DNA of 37,295 nucleotides from Nanobdellota archaeon. Lineage in GTDB: Archaea; Nanobdellota; Nanobdellia; Pacearchaeales; GW2011-AR1. Positions 20,957 to 29,597 of the stretch are shown in pieces. Where the stretch lies: NCBI GenBank assembly GCA_034716495.1, contig JAYEHV010000029.1:1-37295 (forward strand), given 5' to 3'. How positions within the stretch are numbered: the stretch's first letter is position 1; each line of letters starts with the position of its first letter. The notes beneath the pieces were generated by a model. The model was not told the origin of the DNA, ran no database searches, and was given only the letters and a program-made list of their open reading frames with translations. The position numbers and the translations under genes are program-made.

Positions 20957-23900
20957 TTAAAATTCTACTCGTTTCTTCTTATATTCGGACTCTAAGAGCT
21001 GTAATGCTTGACTAGGATTTAGATTTCTCTCTGTAATGCTAAGTTGCATTGCTTTATTGAAAATGTCTTTTGGCTTTTCATCTGTTCCGGCAATTTTTAA
21101 AGCAATATCCGTGTCTTTGTTGTCCCATGCCCAATTCTGCTGATATTTAAGCGCATTAATTAGCTCTCCCTTTTTCATCCTATGTCGTCCTACGATTTTC
21201 TCTTTCTGTGCTACTTTGTAGATTTGGTTTCTTGTTAGCTCATGTAATTTCTCTGTATGAGGTAATGTTCTAATCGTTGCTTTTGATTCTTTCTGAACGG
21301 CTTTTGGTGCTGATCCTTTAACTAAACCTCGCGCTCTTTTGTGTTGATAAAACTCAGAGGTTTGAAATTTCTCAGCATCTGTGCCTTCGGATCGCTTGAT
21401 AAATTGCTTTACCCAAGCCATTCTATCTTTCTTAGTAGGACATTCACGATCTCCTTGCGCACCATAGAATTGAGGGTATTCGTCTTGAAGTGTAAAATTA
21501 AACGCATTATATTCATTATAGGCTTTTCTTCTCTTTAGAATACGCTCTGCAAATCCTCCAAAATCGTCTTTATATTCAACGATAATAGGTTGTTCTTTTC
21601 CAACGGATACCCTCATAGCACGACCTGCGGTTTGCATAACTGAGATGGGACTATATTCTTGTGATGCCCCAGCACCTAAAATTACATCTAATGCAGGTAG
21701 ATCAAAGCCCTCACTAAGTAAAGACCCTGTGCCAATCGCGATATTTGTTTTTCCCGATTCAAGCATTTTCTTATTAGTTTCAATATCAGATTTCTTCATC
21801 TTTTTAAGTTTTCCGCTCGCATCTCTCTTCTTTCCCGCTAGTAATACTGGTTTAGTGTTTGGATACTCTTTTTCCAATAGTTCTTTTAGATCGTTTGCGT
21901 GATTCAATGATTTAGTGAATATAATGGTCTTTTTCCCTGCTGTATGCATTCTATTTGCGTGATCGATAATCAGATCGTTTCGCGCTTCGTTCTCCTCTAC
22001 TTGCGCTCTTACTTTAGCGGTAAATTTGTTTTTTATTCCATCTCGATCCATGATATAATCTATTTCAGATTCTAAGTCCTTGCGTTTTGGAATAGGAATA
22101 ACAACGACATTAGGTTTCATTAGCATTCCCCTATCTTGCGCTTGTTTGTACGTGATTGGAATCCTTTTATCTCCGATTTTCATAACTCTAAGGATGTCGT
22201 CTTGCGCATCTCTGCTTGGTGTAGCTGTGAGTCCAAATTTATGAATCGTCTTATTTTCGTCATAAACGCTATCAAAGCTTCTAGCTGTAATATGATGCGC
22301 TTCGTCTTGAATGATTATCTCTGATTCTCTGAGTATTTTTAGACAAATTTTATCCTTTTCGCTAAGTGTTTTTCCCTCCTCAATTTTTTTTATTGCACTA
22401 TGCATCCCTTGAATTGTTCCTACATTAATATCTGCTTCATCTGTCCAGCTAGGTGTGAAATTTTCGCTATCTAACAGTCCAATATTTACATCTTCAGGTA
22501 GGAATTTATCAAACGCCTCTTTCGCTTGGTCTCGAAGCGTACCTCGATGAACTAAGAAAAGTGAATCAACATCTACTTTTTTACCCGTTTTCTCTTCGTA
22601 TTTTTCTGCACCTTTTATAAATCCGCTTATAACTCCCGCCGCCATCATGGTTTTTCCCGTACCAGTCGGAGATACAATAAGTCCTTGCCCTTCAATCAAG
22701 CTTTCTAAAACTGCTTGCTTTTGATAGTTATAAAGGTCCACTCCTTTAAGTTCGGGATTGGAGACTGGAGATCGTTCTCTTGTATCTGCTACGGCCACAT
22801 CAAAATTATAGGAACGCTTTAACAACCAATAGGCTTTTGATAATAAGCCAATAGGCATAACATATTCCCCTTTATCGTTAATTTCTACGGCTGCATATAC
22901 CTCATCTTTTTTCCCGCGCTTTGACATCGTTCTTTTATAAGCTGTATTTAGAACATCCATTGCCAATTCTTGATCTTTTCTCTTATCACCTGGATTTTTG
23001 GAACCAGATTTGAGTACGACATTATTTCCATGAACCTCAAAAATAAATGCGTTCGAATCAGAGTGAAGAACAATCTCTTTTTGAATATTTGCTTTCTCTA
23101 ACCATTCTTTTTTAGTGTCGTTTTGACCAACGATAGAATAAAGAAGATCTTCTCTCCCATATCTATCGTTTCTATCTTTAAACTCGTCAATAACGCTTTC
23201 CAGATCGTCAGCATCTATAACAAATTGACTCCCTTGAACCCATCTGCCCCCATGTTTATCTCTAACTACTTGCAAGAAAGTCTCGTAGTTAGCGCCTCTC
23301 ACTTTGTAGTTTCCACCTTCGCCTATGTTATCCCAAGAGAGTAAAATTTTATCTCCGTTTTCGCTAAGTTTAACCATGATTGTAGCGCTTTTAGGGTCTT
23401 CTTTCCCCTTAAAAAATTCTTCGAAAAATGGATTCTCTATTGTTTCTACTGCTCCCTCCTCTTTCTTCAGTTGCTCTAAAGTTTTAAAATTAAACCTGTC
23501 AGCTTCGCTTAATTCCCCGTAAAAATCGTCATGCCAGCCCTCGTTTTCCGCAAGAATTTCATCCTCTACTAAGACTCGGAATATGCTGTATAATCGGTTT
23601 GCTTCTGCTCTTTCGTCTTCGATCTCTTTTTGGATTTTTTCTTTCTCTGAATTATCCTCAGACCACTCATATCTCTTTTGAAGATCGTCTATTGCGCTTA
23701 ATTTCGTGATCCATTGCTTATAGACCTCACTATCTACAAGTTTCTCTTCAATGATAATTCTCTGGATTTCTTTTTGCGAAATTCCAAATAGTTCAGGGTC
23801 TAATACTTCTTCCTGAATCCTCTTTTGAATTTCTTCAATTGAATCCTCTTTTGCCTCCTCGATATCTTCTTTAATAATTTCCTTTACTTCATCTTCGGTG

Positions 23901-24103
23901 ATTAAAGTTTTTGCTTTTCCCTCTTTCACTTGTTTTTTTGCTTTCTCGGAGAGTTCGGGTTTAACATGGACCTTTTTCTTATGGGAGCTTACAGTTTCAA
24001 CCTTACCCCCTTTAACGCGCTTATATTCATCTATCTGGCGCTCTTGGGTAGGATACCATTTAAGAAGGGAAAGTTGAGTTTTTTCTTTGGTTTTTTTTGC
24101 CAC
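20957..24103 (-). CDS. SF2 DEAH-box helicase (ResIII/XPB-UvsW-like core) with long N-terminal extension, shared N-terminal module and C-terminal HeH/Rho_N-like motif
   Basis: 1048 aa, GTG start. Q motif YNYQKQAV. Motif I VSPTGTGKT. Motif II IIQDEAHHI. Motif III GLTATPSR. Motif V LSEGFDLP. Motif VI QTAGRAMR. C-terminal LHELTRNQIYKVAQKEKIVGRHRMKKGELINAL resembles Rho_N/SAP helix-extended-helix. N-terminal YKRVKGGKVETVSSHKKKVHV...EGKAKTLI is the shared module. Confidence 0.85.
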   Translation of the reverse strand: MAKKTKEKTQLSLLKWYPTQERQIDEYKRVKGGKVETVSSHKKKVHVKPELSEKAKKQVKEGKAKTLITEDEVKEIIKEDIEEAKEDSIEEIQKRIQEEVLDPELFGISQKEIQRIIIEEKLVDSEVYKQWITKLSAIDDLQKRYEWSEDNSEKEKIQKEIEDERAEANRLYSIFRVLVEDEILAENEGWHDDFYGELSEADRFNFKTLEQLKKEEGAVETIENPFFEEFFKGKEDPKSATIMVKLSENGDKILLSWDNIGEGGNYKVRGANYETFLQVVRDKHGGRWVQGSQFVIDADDLESVIDEFKDRNDRYGREDLLYSIVGQNDTKKEWLEKANIQKEIVLHSDSNAFIFEVHGNNVVLKSGSKNPGDKRKDQELAMDVLNTAYKRTMSKRGKKDEVYAAVEINDKGEYVMPIGLLSKAYWLLKRSYNFDVAVADTRERSPVSNPELKGVDLYNYQKQAVLESLIEGQGLIVSPTGTGKTMMAAGVISGFIKGAEKYEEKTGKKVDVDSLFLVHRGTLRDQAKEAFDKFLPEDVNIGLLDSENFTPSWTDEADINVGTIQGMHSAIKKIEEGKTLSEKDKICLKILRESEIIIQDEAHHITARSFDSVYDENKTIHKFGLTATPSRDAQDDILRVMKIGDKRIPITYKQAQDRGMLMKPNVVVIPIPKRKDLESEIDYIMDRDGIKNKFTAKVRAQVEENEARNDLIIDHANRMHTAGKKTIIFTKSLNHANDLKELLEKEYPNTKPVLLAGKKRDASGKLKKMKKSDIETNKKMLESGKTNIAIGTGSLLSEGFDLPALDVILGAGASQEYSPISVMQTAGRAMRVSVGKEQPIIVEYKDDFGGFAERILKRRKAYNEYNAFNFTLQDEYPQFYGAQGDRECPTKKDRMAWVKQFIKRSEGTDAEKFQTSEFYQHKRARGLVKGSAPKAVQKESKATIRTLPHTEKLHELTRNQIYKVAQKEKIVGRHRMKKGELINALKYQQNWAWDNKDTDIALKIAGTDEKPKDIFNKAMQLSITERNLNPSQALQLLESEYKKKRVEF

Positions 24104-24150
24104 TTTTTTTTAAACCTCTTTTTTTTTGCTTATTTTCTAGATTTGTTTTT

Positions 24151-24162
24151 TTCTTTATATGT
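24151..24162 (-). promoter_or_regulatory. TATA-like box (ACATATAAAGAA on minus strand) in the 110-nt gap upstream of the helicase gene
   Basis: This is one of the few real intergenic gaps in the right array. The box lies 48-59 nt upstream of the GTG start, with AGAGGT 10 nt before the start. Sequence-only guess. Confidence 0.25.
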
Positions 24163-24213
24163 TTTTAGGTAAATTGTGAAATTCCTTTAAATTTTCTAAT
24201 TTTTCTCATTTTT

Positions 24214-25647
24214 CTATTTAAAATTTGATAGTTTTTTATATTTTGATTGTTCTTTCGCACTTAGGCCTAAATCCATTGCTTTTTCATTTACTCCTGCAAA
24301 TCCTAAGATTCCCTTTTGACTTTGACTTGTCTTAAAGTTCTCTAATGACTTATCTACCACTTTTGACTTATCTACAAAATCTTTAAGTTCAAATGGTTTG
24401 ATTTCTTCTTTTTTACTTTTTTTCATCCCTAAGAACTTATCTAAATCTGTTGTTGGAGATAATTTTAAATGGGATAAGTTATATTCATCGATCCAGGAAT
24501 TATAGACATTAGTTTTCTTTCTGACAAGAGCATCATATTTCTTAATTAATTCTTCGTCTGCGACATCTGAAAGTTCTATTTTGTTGAGTAGTTTCGCCTC
24601 TTGTTCTTTTAATGTAGTATATTGGTGTAGTTTATGAACTGAAAGTTCCCGCCGCCCTCCAATTAGTTTATCGGGATGAGGATCGTCTAATAGTTCTACT
24701 CTAAATTTAGCTTTATCCCAATTTGAAGGGTCTAAGGAATAAGTTCTTACCCCTGTTTCTGCTTCAAATAAAAGCCTACCCGCAGAGTATTTCAATAGTA
24801 ATAGAGGATCTGCAATTAAATTCTTGTATCTTTTATCATTCTTGAAGTAATTATTTATGATCTTTTTGGATAATTGATAGGTAGATATATCAGTTTTAAG
24901 GAATCTTGCTAATTGCTCCGGGTCTTCTATATTCATAATAATTGTTTGAGCGGTCGTTGGAGTTAGGATAAATTCTGGTTTCATTACCTCTAAGTTAGAA
25001 ATATCACCTCTACTAGGTAAGGGAAACATATGATCGGGGTGTGTATGACCAAATAACTCAAAATCATTGAGTTTTAAAGTGTAATCTTTCGCACCTTTCA
25101 TAATGTATAACCGTTCCGGATTGGAATCTTCTCGTTCAAAATCAATAGCAAAACTATATTCATACGGACTAAATCTGGATATCTCCCTAATTCCTTTTAG
25201 CATGTTATAGGGGATCTCCTTTACCATCGTTTGTTGTGGTTTGCTTCTATTCGCAATATTTAGGTCAAATGTGCCCTTTTTTATATAGATTGATTGTTCT
25301 ATAACATCAAGAACCTTTTCTACTTTGTCGTAAGATACACCGTACTCATGATGACCGAGAGGATAATCTTGCATGATGTCTATGATTTTTTTCTCTTGCC
25401 ATACATTAGTCACCACGCCCTCTATACCAGATAGTTTATATTTAACGCGATCTCCATACTCAAACATTTTAGGTTGAATTAATTGTTTGCTGGATCCTGC
25501 TATTCGATTTTTATTTCTTATTTCTCTTGCACTTCTTTCTCGATAACGATAAGTAACCTCATGAGCAGGAACCACCACTACTTTCCCGTTCTTTTTGGTA
25601 TAGGTATATCCTTCTCTTCGCTTCTTTTTATCGTAATAATTAGCCAT
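24214..25647 (-). CDS. JAB/MPN-like metallopeptidase-motif protein with the shared N-terminal module
   Basis: 477 aa. GHTHPDHMFPLPSRGDI (25003-25047) fits the JAMM signature HxH-x(7-8)-S-xx-D, with 8 spacer residues instead of the canonical 7. Candidate upstream Glu in AIDFEREDS. N-terminus KKRREGYTYTKKNGKVVVVPAHEVTYRY...AGSSKQLI. Confidence 0.5.
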   Translation of the reverse strand: MANYYDKKKRREGYTYTKKNGKVVVVPAHEVTYRYRERSAREIRNKNRIAGSSKQLIQPKMFEYGDRVKYKLSGIEGVVTNVWQEKKIIDIMQDYPLGHHEYGVSYDKVEKVLDVIEQSIYIKKGTFDLNIANRSKPQQTMVKEIPYNMLKGIREISRFSPYEYSFAIDFEREDSNPERLYIMKGAKDYTLKLNDFELFGHTHPDHMFPLPSRGDISNLEVMKPEFILTPTTAQTIIMNIEDPEQLARFLKTDISTYQLSKKIINNYFKNDKRYKNLIADPLLLLKYSAGRLLFEAETGVRTYSLDPSNWDKAKFRVELLDDPHPDKLIGGRRELSVHKLHQYTTLKEQEAKLLNKIELSDVADEELIKKYDALVRKKTNVYNSWIDEYNLSHLKLSPTTDLDKFLGMKKSKKEEIKPFELKDFVDKSKVVDKSLENFKTSQSQKGILGFAGVNEKAMDLGLSAKEQSKYKKLSNFK

Positions 25648-25650
25648 TTT

Positions 25651-26871
25651 TTATATCACCAATTTTTTAGGTTTTGGAGGAAGATATTTCCTTACTTCGT
25701 CCTCCGTATAAGTATAATCTTTCAAACACCAAATCCCGCGCTCTATATTTTCAAATAACTCATCCTTATAGCTTGAAAGAGCAGAGCGTATTTTTTTTGC
25801 TTCTAATCCCGTAATTGCCACGATTTTTTGTATATTTACTACACCTTCTTGATGTAAAGCATTAAATATTTTGTCTTTATTCTGTAATGGTTGTAGGCTT
25901 ACTTCCTTTCGAGCAAACTCCCAGTCTAATTGTTCAATCGCTTTTACTAAATCGGTCCGCCTAACTTTTATTGTATAATCTTGCTCTATCTGATTTGCAA
26001 ACGGATATAAGAATCCTTTTAATTGTCCTCTGGTGAAATCACTCACAGAGCATTTTAATCTTTCCAACTCTGTTCGTAATGCATCTTTAAGAAGGCCAAG
26101 TAAAAAGGCTTCATCAATTGACCTATCAATCACTACATCATATTTTACCTGTTCTTTAGAGGAGTAGGGAACTTCAATCGTGGCCGTTTGACCGGTCTTC
26201 GCTTTAGCTAAACAAAATCTTAGAGCGTCAAAATTAAACCCTACTTGACCCTCCCATGTCGCTAATCGTAATAATTCTGATTGTTCTGGAGTGAAAATCT
26301 TATGAAACCAATTTAGATCATAATAACTTGTATAGACTTGTAATATTGAATTTTCTCTAAGAGTCGCATCTAAGCGCGAATATACTTGAACAGCAAAAAT
26401 AAAAAATATTATTCCATTTTTCTCATAAAGATCCTCTAATACATGCCTCGAAACACAGAATTGTTGTGTAATTTCGACATTATCCCCTGACATAGACCTT
26501 CGTGAATCTGTACCTTCACCAATAGCATCATCTACTACAATAACTAATACATGCTTACCCTCAAAATATTCGCTATATCGCTTATCGCCAATCACGCGCG
26601 GATCATTGGTTGCAACTACACTAATTAATCCTTCATAGTCAGGAATAGAGCGGAGTAATTCTACTAAATATCGGATTAAAACAGACTTGCCCGTCCCCTG
26701 CCCTCCTATAAAGGACATTGCTTTTAGAACCCATTCGTGAGGAGTATTCTCACATTTGAGAATATGTAATAATAATTCTTTGGGGTTTAATACCTCGTAA
26801 TCCTTCCCATTAACATTGATATTATGAGTGTTTAAAAATGGATTTTTACCTACTTGAACGAATCCTGGTAT
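25651..26871 (-). CDS. P-loop NTPase with C-terminal wHTH; N-terminus extended to an apparent ATA start
   Basis: Walker A GGQGTGKS and Walker B HVLVIVVDDA. C-terminal NIQKIVAITGLEAKKIRSALSSY is wHTH-like. The track start (26718) lies 5 residues before the P-loop. The frame is open for 52 more codons up to the TAA at 26877-26875, with no ATG/GTG/TTG. ATA at 26871-26869 is the second codon after that stop and lies 6 nt after GAGTGA. Confidence 0.65.
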   Translation of the reverse strand: MPGFVQVGKNPFLNTHNINVNGKDYEVLNPKELLLHILKCENTPHEWVLKAMSFIGGQGTGKSVLIRYLVELLRSIPDYEGLISVVATNDPRVIGDKRYSEYFEGKHVLVIVVDDAIGEGTDSRRSMSGDNVEITQQFCVSRHVLEDLYEKNGIIFFIFAVQVYSRLDATLRENSILQVYTSYYDLNWFHKIFTPEQSELLRLATWEGQVGFNFDALRFCLAKAKTGQTATIEVPYSSKEQVKYDVVIDRSIDEAFLLGLLKDALRTELERLKCSVSDFTRGQLKGFLYPFANQIEQDYTIKVRRTDLVKAIEQLDWEFARKEVSLQPLQNKDKIFNALHQEGVVNIQKIVAITGLEAKKIRSALSSYKDELFENIERGIWCLKDYTYTEDEVRKYLPPKPKKLVI

Positions 26872-26877
26872 TTTTTA

Positions 26878-27495
26878 TCACTCTCTAACTTTTTGTTTTT
26901 TTTTATCAAAAATACCATGTTTCTTTTTTAATAGAGGATCATTTGGCATAAGCGTATCTTCGTCAAGTTTGCTCATTGCATCTGCATCTGCACCAACTTG
27001 TGCGTTATAAGGGATTCCATATTTTCCACAGTTCTTAAGAAATGTATTTCTTCTTTTCTCAGCTTTATTTATGAGATCTTGCTTTCCAATATTAACCGAA
27101 TGTAATTGATATATTAATTTTTTTAGCTCGATTAGTTGGTCCTTTAACGGTTCAAAACCTTCCTTTCTAAATTGGATGAATTTTGGAGAATTTTCACCAA
27201 GTTTTTCTTTTGCTTGTGTAATATTTGTATAATCTATATCATCTAGTTTTCTTTCTAATTGTGAGATTGGTTTGAAAACTTCACATGTAGTATTATGGCA
27301 AATCTTTAAATCAACAATAGACCTTTTCAGTAATTTGAATCTATTTAATATATCTCGATCTTCATACCATTTATCTTCTATCTCGTTCCAAATATCACCT
27401 CGCGGAATTAATTCCTCGATCGTTTCTGATAATTCTTCAATCTTTTCCAATGCTTGTTTGAGTTGTTTTGCTAATACTTCAGGATCTTCTTCCAT
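26878..27495 (-). CDS. Coiled-coil protein, function unknown
   Basis: 205 aa. Heptad-like Glu/Lys/Leu-rich sequence. Confidence 0.6.
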   Translation of the reverse strand: MEEDPEVLAKQLKQALEKIEELSETIEELIPRGDIWNEIEDKWYEDRDILNRFKLLKRSIVDLKICHNTTCEVFKPISQLERKLDDIDYTNITQAKEKLGENSPKFIQFRKEGFEPLKDQLIELKKLIYQLHSVNIGKQDLINKAEKRRNTFLKNCGKYGIPYNAQVGADADAMSKLDEDTLMPNDPLLKKKHGIFDKKKQKVRE

Positions 27496-27496
27496 T

Positions 27497-28723
27497 CTAA
27501 CCCCCCTCTAATTCGTCTCTGATTACAATTTGGTTGAGTTTTTTAGCGTCTCCATTACCGCCGAGCTTTTCTTTGAGTATATTATTCTCAGCCATTAGAT
27601 AGTTCATCTGATTCCTTAATTCTTGTGTGTCTTCGCTATTTTGAGCTAAAACTTCACTTATTATTGTCTTGATTTCTTTGTCCTCTCGTTTTCCCTTAAA
27701 CGCGGTTGAAAGTATTTCTGCGTAAGTATCGGGATGCATCACACTAGCTTGATTTACTTTTACTGCCATATCTCCTAATTTCGAATTGAAATTTCTAAAC
27801 ATTTCGGCAATTTGGTCTCTAGCTTGGTTATATTTCTTATCCAATTCGATGTATTGCTTGGTTATTTTAGCAACTTTTAGGTCCATTAAACTTTTGAGAT
27901 TGTCAATGTGCGGTTGTTTTAGGATTGCTTCGTTAAGGTTTCTGGTTTTTATAATCTTGTGTTTAAAATGAGTTGCTTTAATGCTTCCCGTCTTTACATT
28001 TTTGTCTCGCTTTAGATCTTCTATTTCAAATAGAGTTAGGTTTTTTGCTTTTCTTTCTTTAACAATCATACCCTGTTTCTCGTCTATAATTTTCTTTCTG
28101 TAGGTCACCTTTTGAGCAACCGTTCTAATCCGATCAAATAATAATTGATGTTGTAGAGTGTGGATTTTGTTTATTAAAATGGGATTTCCATCATTATCCA
28201 ATTTATCTTGAAATTCTATCGTAAGATATAGCTTTCTGGAAATGCTCGTACTTGGAAGAATTGCGCTTAATATCCTATAAATTACGTATTTAGCTGTATT
28301 AGATTTGGATTTAACTCGTTCTTGTTCTGGGAATTTTAGAGAATCATCTAATTTTGTTTCACGATAAATTATATCGGAGAAATACTTCAAGATTCCAAAC
28401 GAGAGATATGTATGATCTCTAACTTCAGTAAAAGAATATTTACACCTGACAATATTTATTTGATTATGTTTAAACATCAATTTCCAATAATTTGGGAAAT
28501 CTGGATCTTTTTCTTGGGATACAAAACGACCTAAATATATACTTTCTCCATTCTCATCTTTGAAATAACAATAAGGCGATAATGCAACTCTCCAAATTCT
28601 TATAATCATTAAGGATGTAAAAGCCGAGAATAACCAAATAAAAATAGGATTAGCGTTAAACCAATCGAAGATTTGTAATACAAAATCTATTGGTGCGAAT
28701 GTAGGATCATCACTAAATATCAT
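27497..28723 (-). CDS. N-terminally membrane-anchored coiled-coil protein
   Basis: 408 aa. One hydrophobic helix near the N-terminus (PIFIWLFSAFTSLMIIRIW), with long helical Lys/Glu-rich C-terminal stretches. Confidence 0.65.
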   Translation of the reverse strand: MIFSDDPTFAPIDFVLQIFDWFNANPIFIWLFSAFTSLMIIRIWRVALSPYCYFKDENGESIYLGRFVSQEKDPDFPNYWKLMFKHNQINIVRCKYSFTEVRDHTYLSFGILKYFSDIIYRETKLDDSLKFPEQERVKSKSNTAKYVIYRILSAILPSTSISRKLYLTIEFQDKLDNDGNPILINKIHTLQHQLLFDRIRTVAQKVTYRKKIIDEKQGMIVKERKAKNLTLFEIEDLKRDKNVKTGSIKATHFKHKIIKTRNLNEAILKQPHIDNLKSLMDLKVAKITKQYIELDKKYNQARDQIAEMFRNFNSKLGDMAVKVNQASVMHPDTYAEILSTAFKGKREDKEIKTIISEVLAQNSEDTQELRNQMNYLMAENNILKEKLGGNGDAKKLNQIVIRDELEGG

Positions 28724-28727
28724 TGAT

Positions 28728-29042
28728 TTAAGCCCCTCCGATTAATTGAAAAAGTAATGCTAAAAGATCTTCCCAGTCTCCCAGAATCCATGAAAACCAG
28801 AATATAAACAATCGTTTATTCATTTTATCTATTCTAAAAATGCTTACGGGGATTGTTTCGTAATCCACAATATAGAAGAATGCAAATAATGTAGAGAATA
28901 TTAATCCTATCCCCCAGTTTTGAATAATAGTTTCGGGATTCAAGACAAATAATACCTGTGTTATAAACGAAAACATTATTGCATACAATACCGCATAGAC
29001 AACATACCTAACCTTTTCATTAAACTCTTCTCTTCTTGACAT
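28728..29042 (-). CDS. Small membrane protein (about 3 TM)
   Basis: 104 aa. YVVYAVLYAIMFSFITQVLFVL, GIGLIFSTLFAFFYIV and LFIFWFSWILG. Confidence 0.6.
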   Translation of the reverse strand: MSRREEFNEKVRYVVYAVLYAIMFSFITQVLFVLNPETIIQNWGIGLIFSTLFAFFYIVDYETIPVSIFRIDKMNKRLFIFWFSWILGDWEDLLALLFQLIGGA

Positions 29043-29069
29043 ATTTTTTTCATACCTCTTTTCTTTTTT

Positions 29070-29597
29070 TTATTTTCCTTTATTTAGATTTATATAATAT
29101 ATTTGAACAATCATACTCACTATGAAAAATAAGAATAGAAACTCCATAATGATATTTTCTGGATAGATTAACCACCATAACAGCAATATTAAGAAATAGA
29201 TTAACCATAAGATTGTATAGTTAAATATCTTATACCCTTTAATTTTGATTGATGCGAGTTTCTTTCCTACAATCATCATACAAACCGGAGCTACAATTCC
29301 AAAAATTATTGTTGTGTAGTCTAAAGCATCAAGATCAGACAAATTCACGAATCCTTCAAATATACCTAATGACCATAGAGAATATAGGAAGAATAGGATA
29401 TAAATAATGTATTTTAAGATCTTTCGTGTTCTTTTCTCTCGAGAATCTAATATTGAACCTAATGTGAGTGTCAGCATTGAGAAACTATAGGTTCTAATCA
29501 GCGAGAATGACGAGACATAGACTATCCAAATTATTAATAAAAGCATTAATGATAAAAATACATACCTAAGCATCTTTGCTGAATGTTGTGGGTTCAT
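29070..29597 (-). CDS. Multi-pass membrane protein (about 5-6 TM)
   Basis: 175 aa, almost entirely hydrophobic segments separated by short basic loops. 4-nt overlap with the upstream gene. Confidence 0.65.
   Translation of the reverse strand: MNPQHSAKMLRYVFLSLMLLLIIWIVYVSSFSLIRTYSFSMLTLTLGSILDSREKRTRKILKYIIYILFFLYSLWSLGIFEGFVNLSDLDALDYTTIIFGIVAPVCMMIVGKKLASIKIKGYKIFNYTILWLIYFLILLLWWLIYPENIIMEFLFLFFIVSMIVQIYYINLNKGK

Noticed and set aside
25651-26871. Naming the NTPase as a terminase large subunit, an A32-like packaging ATPase or Orc1/Cdc6
   Set aside because: Only the Walker A/B motifs and a C-terminal wHTH are visible. The size and the wHTH fit Orc1/Cdc6, while the genomic context fits a particle or vesicle NTPase. 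No nuclease or sensor motifs could be assigned by eye, so it is left as a generic P-loop NTPase.
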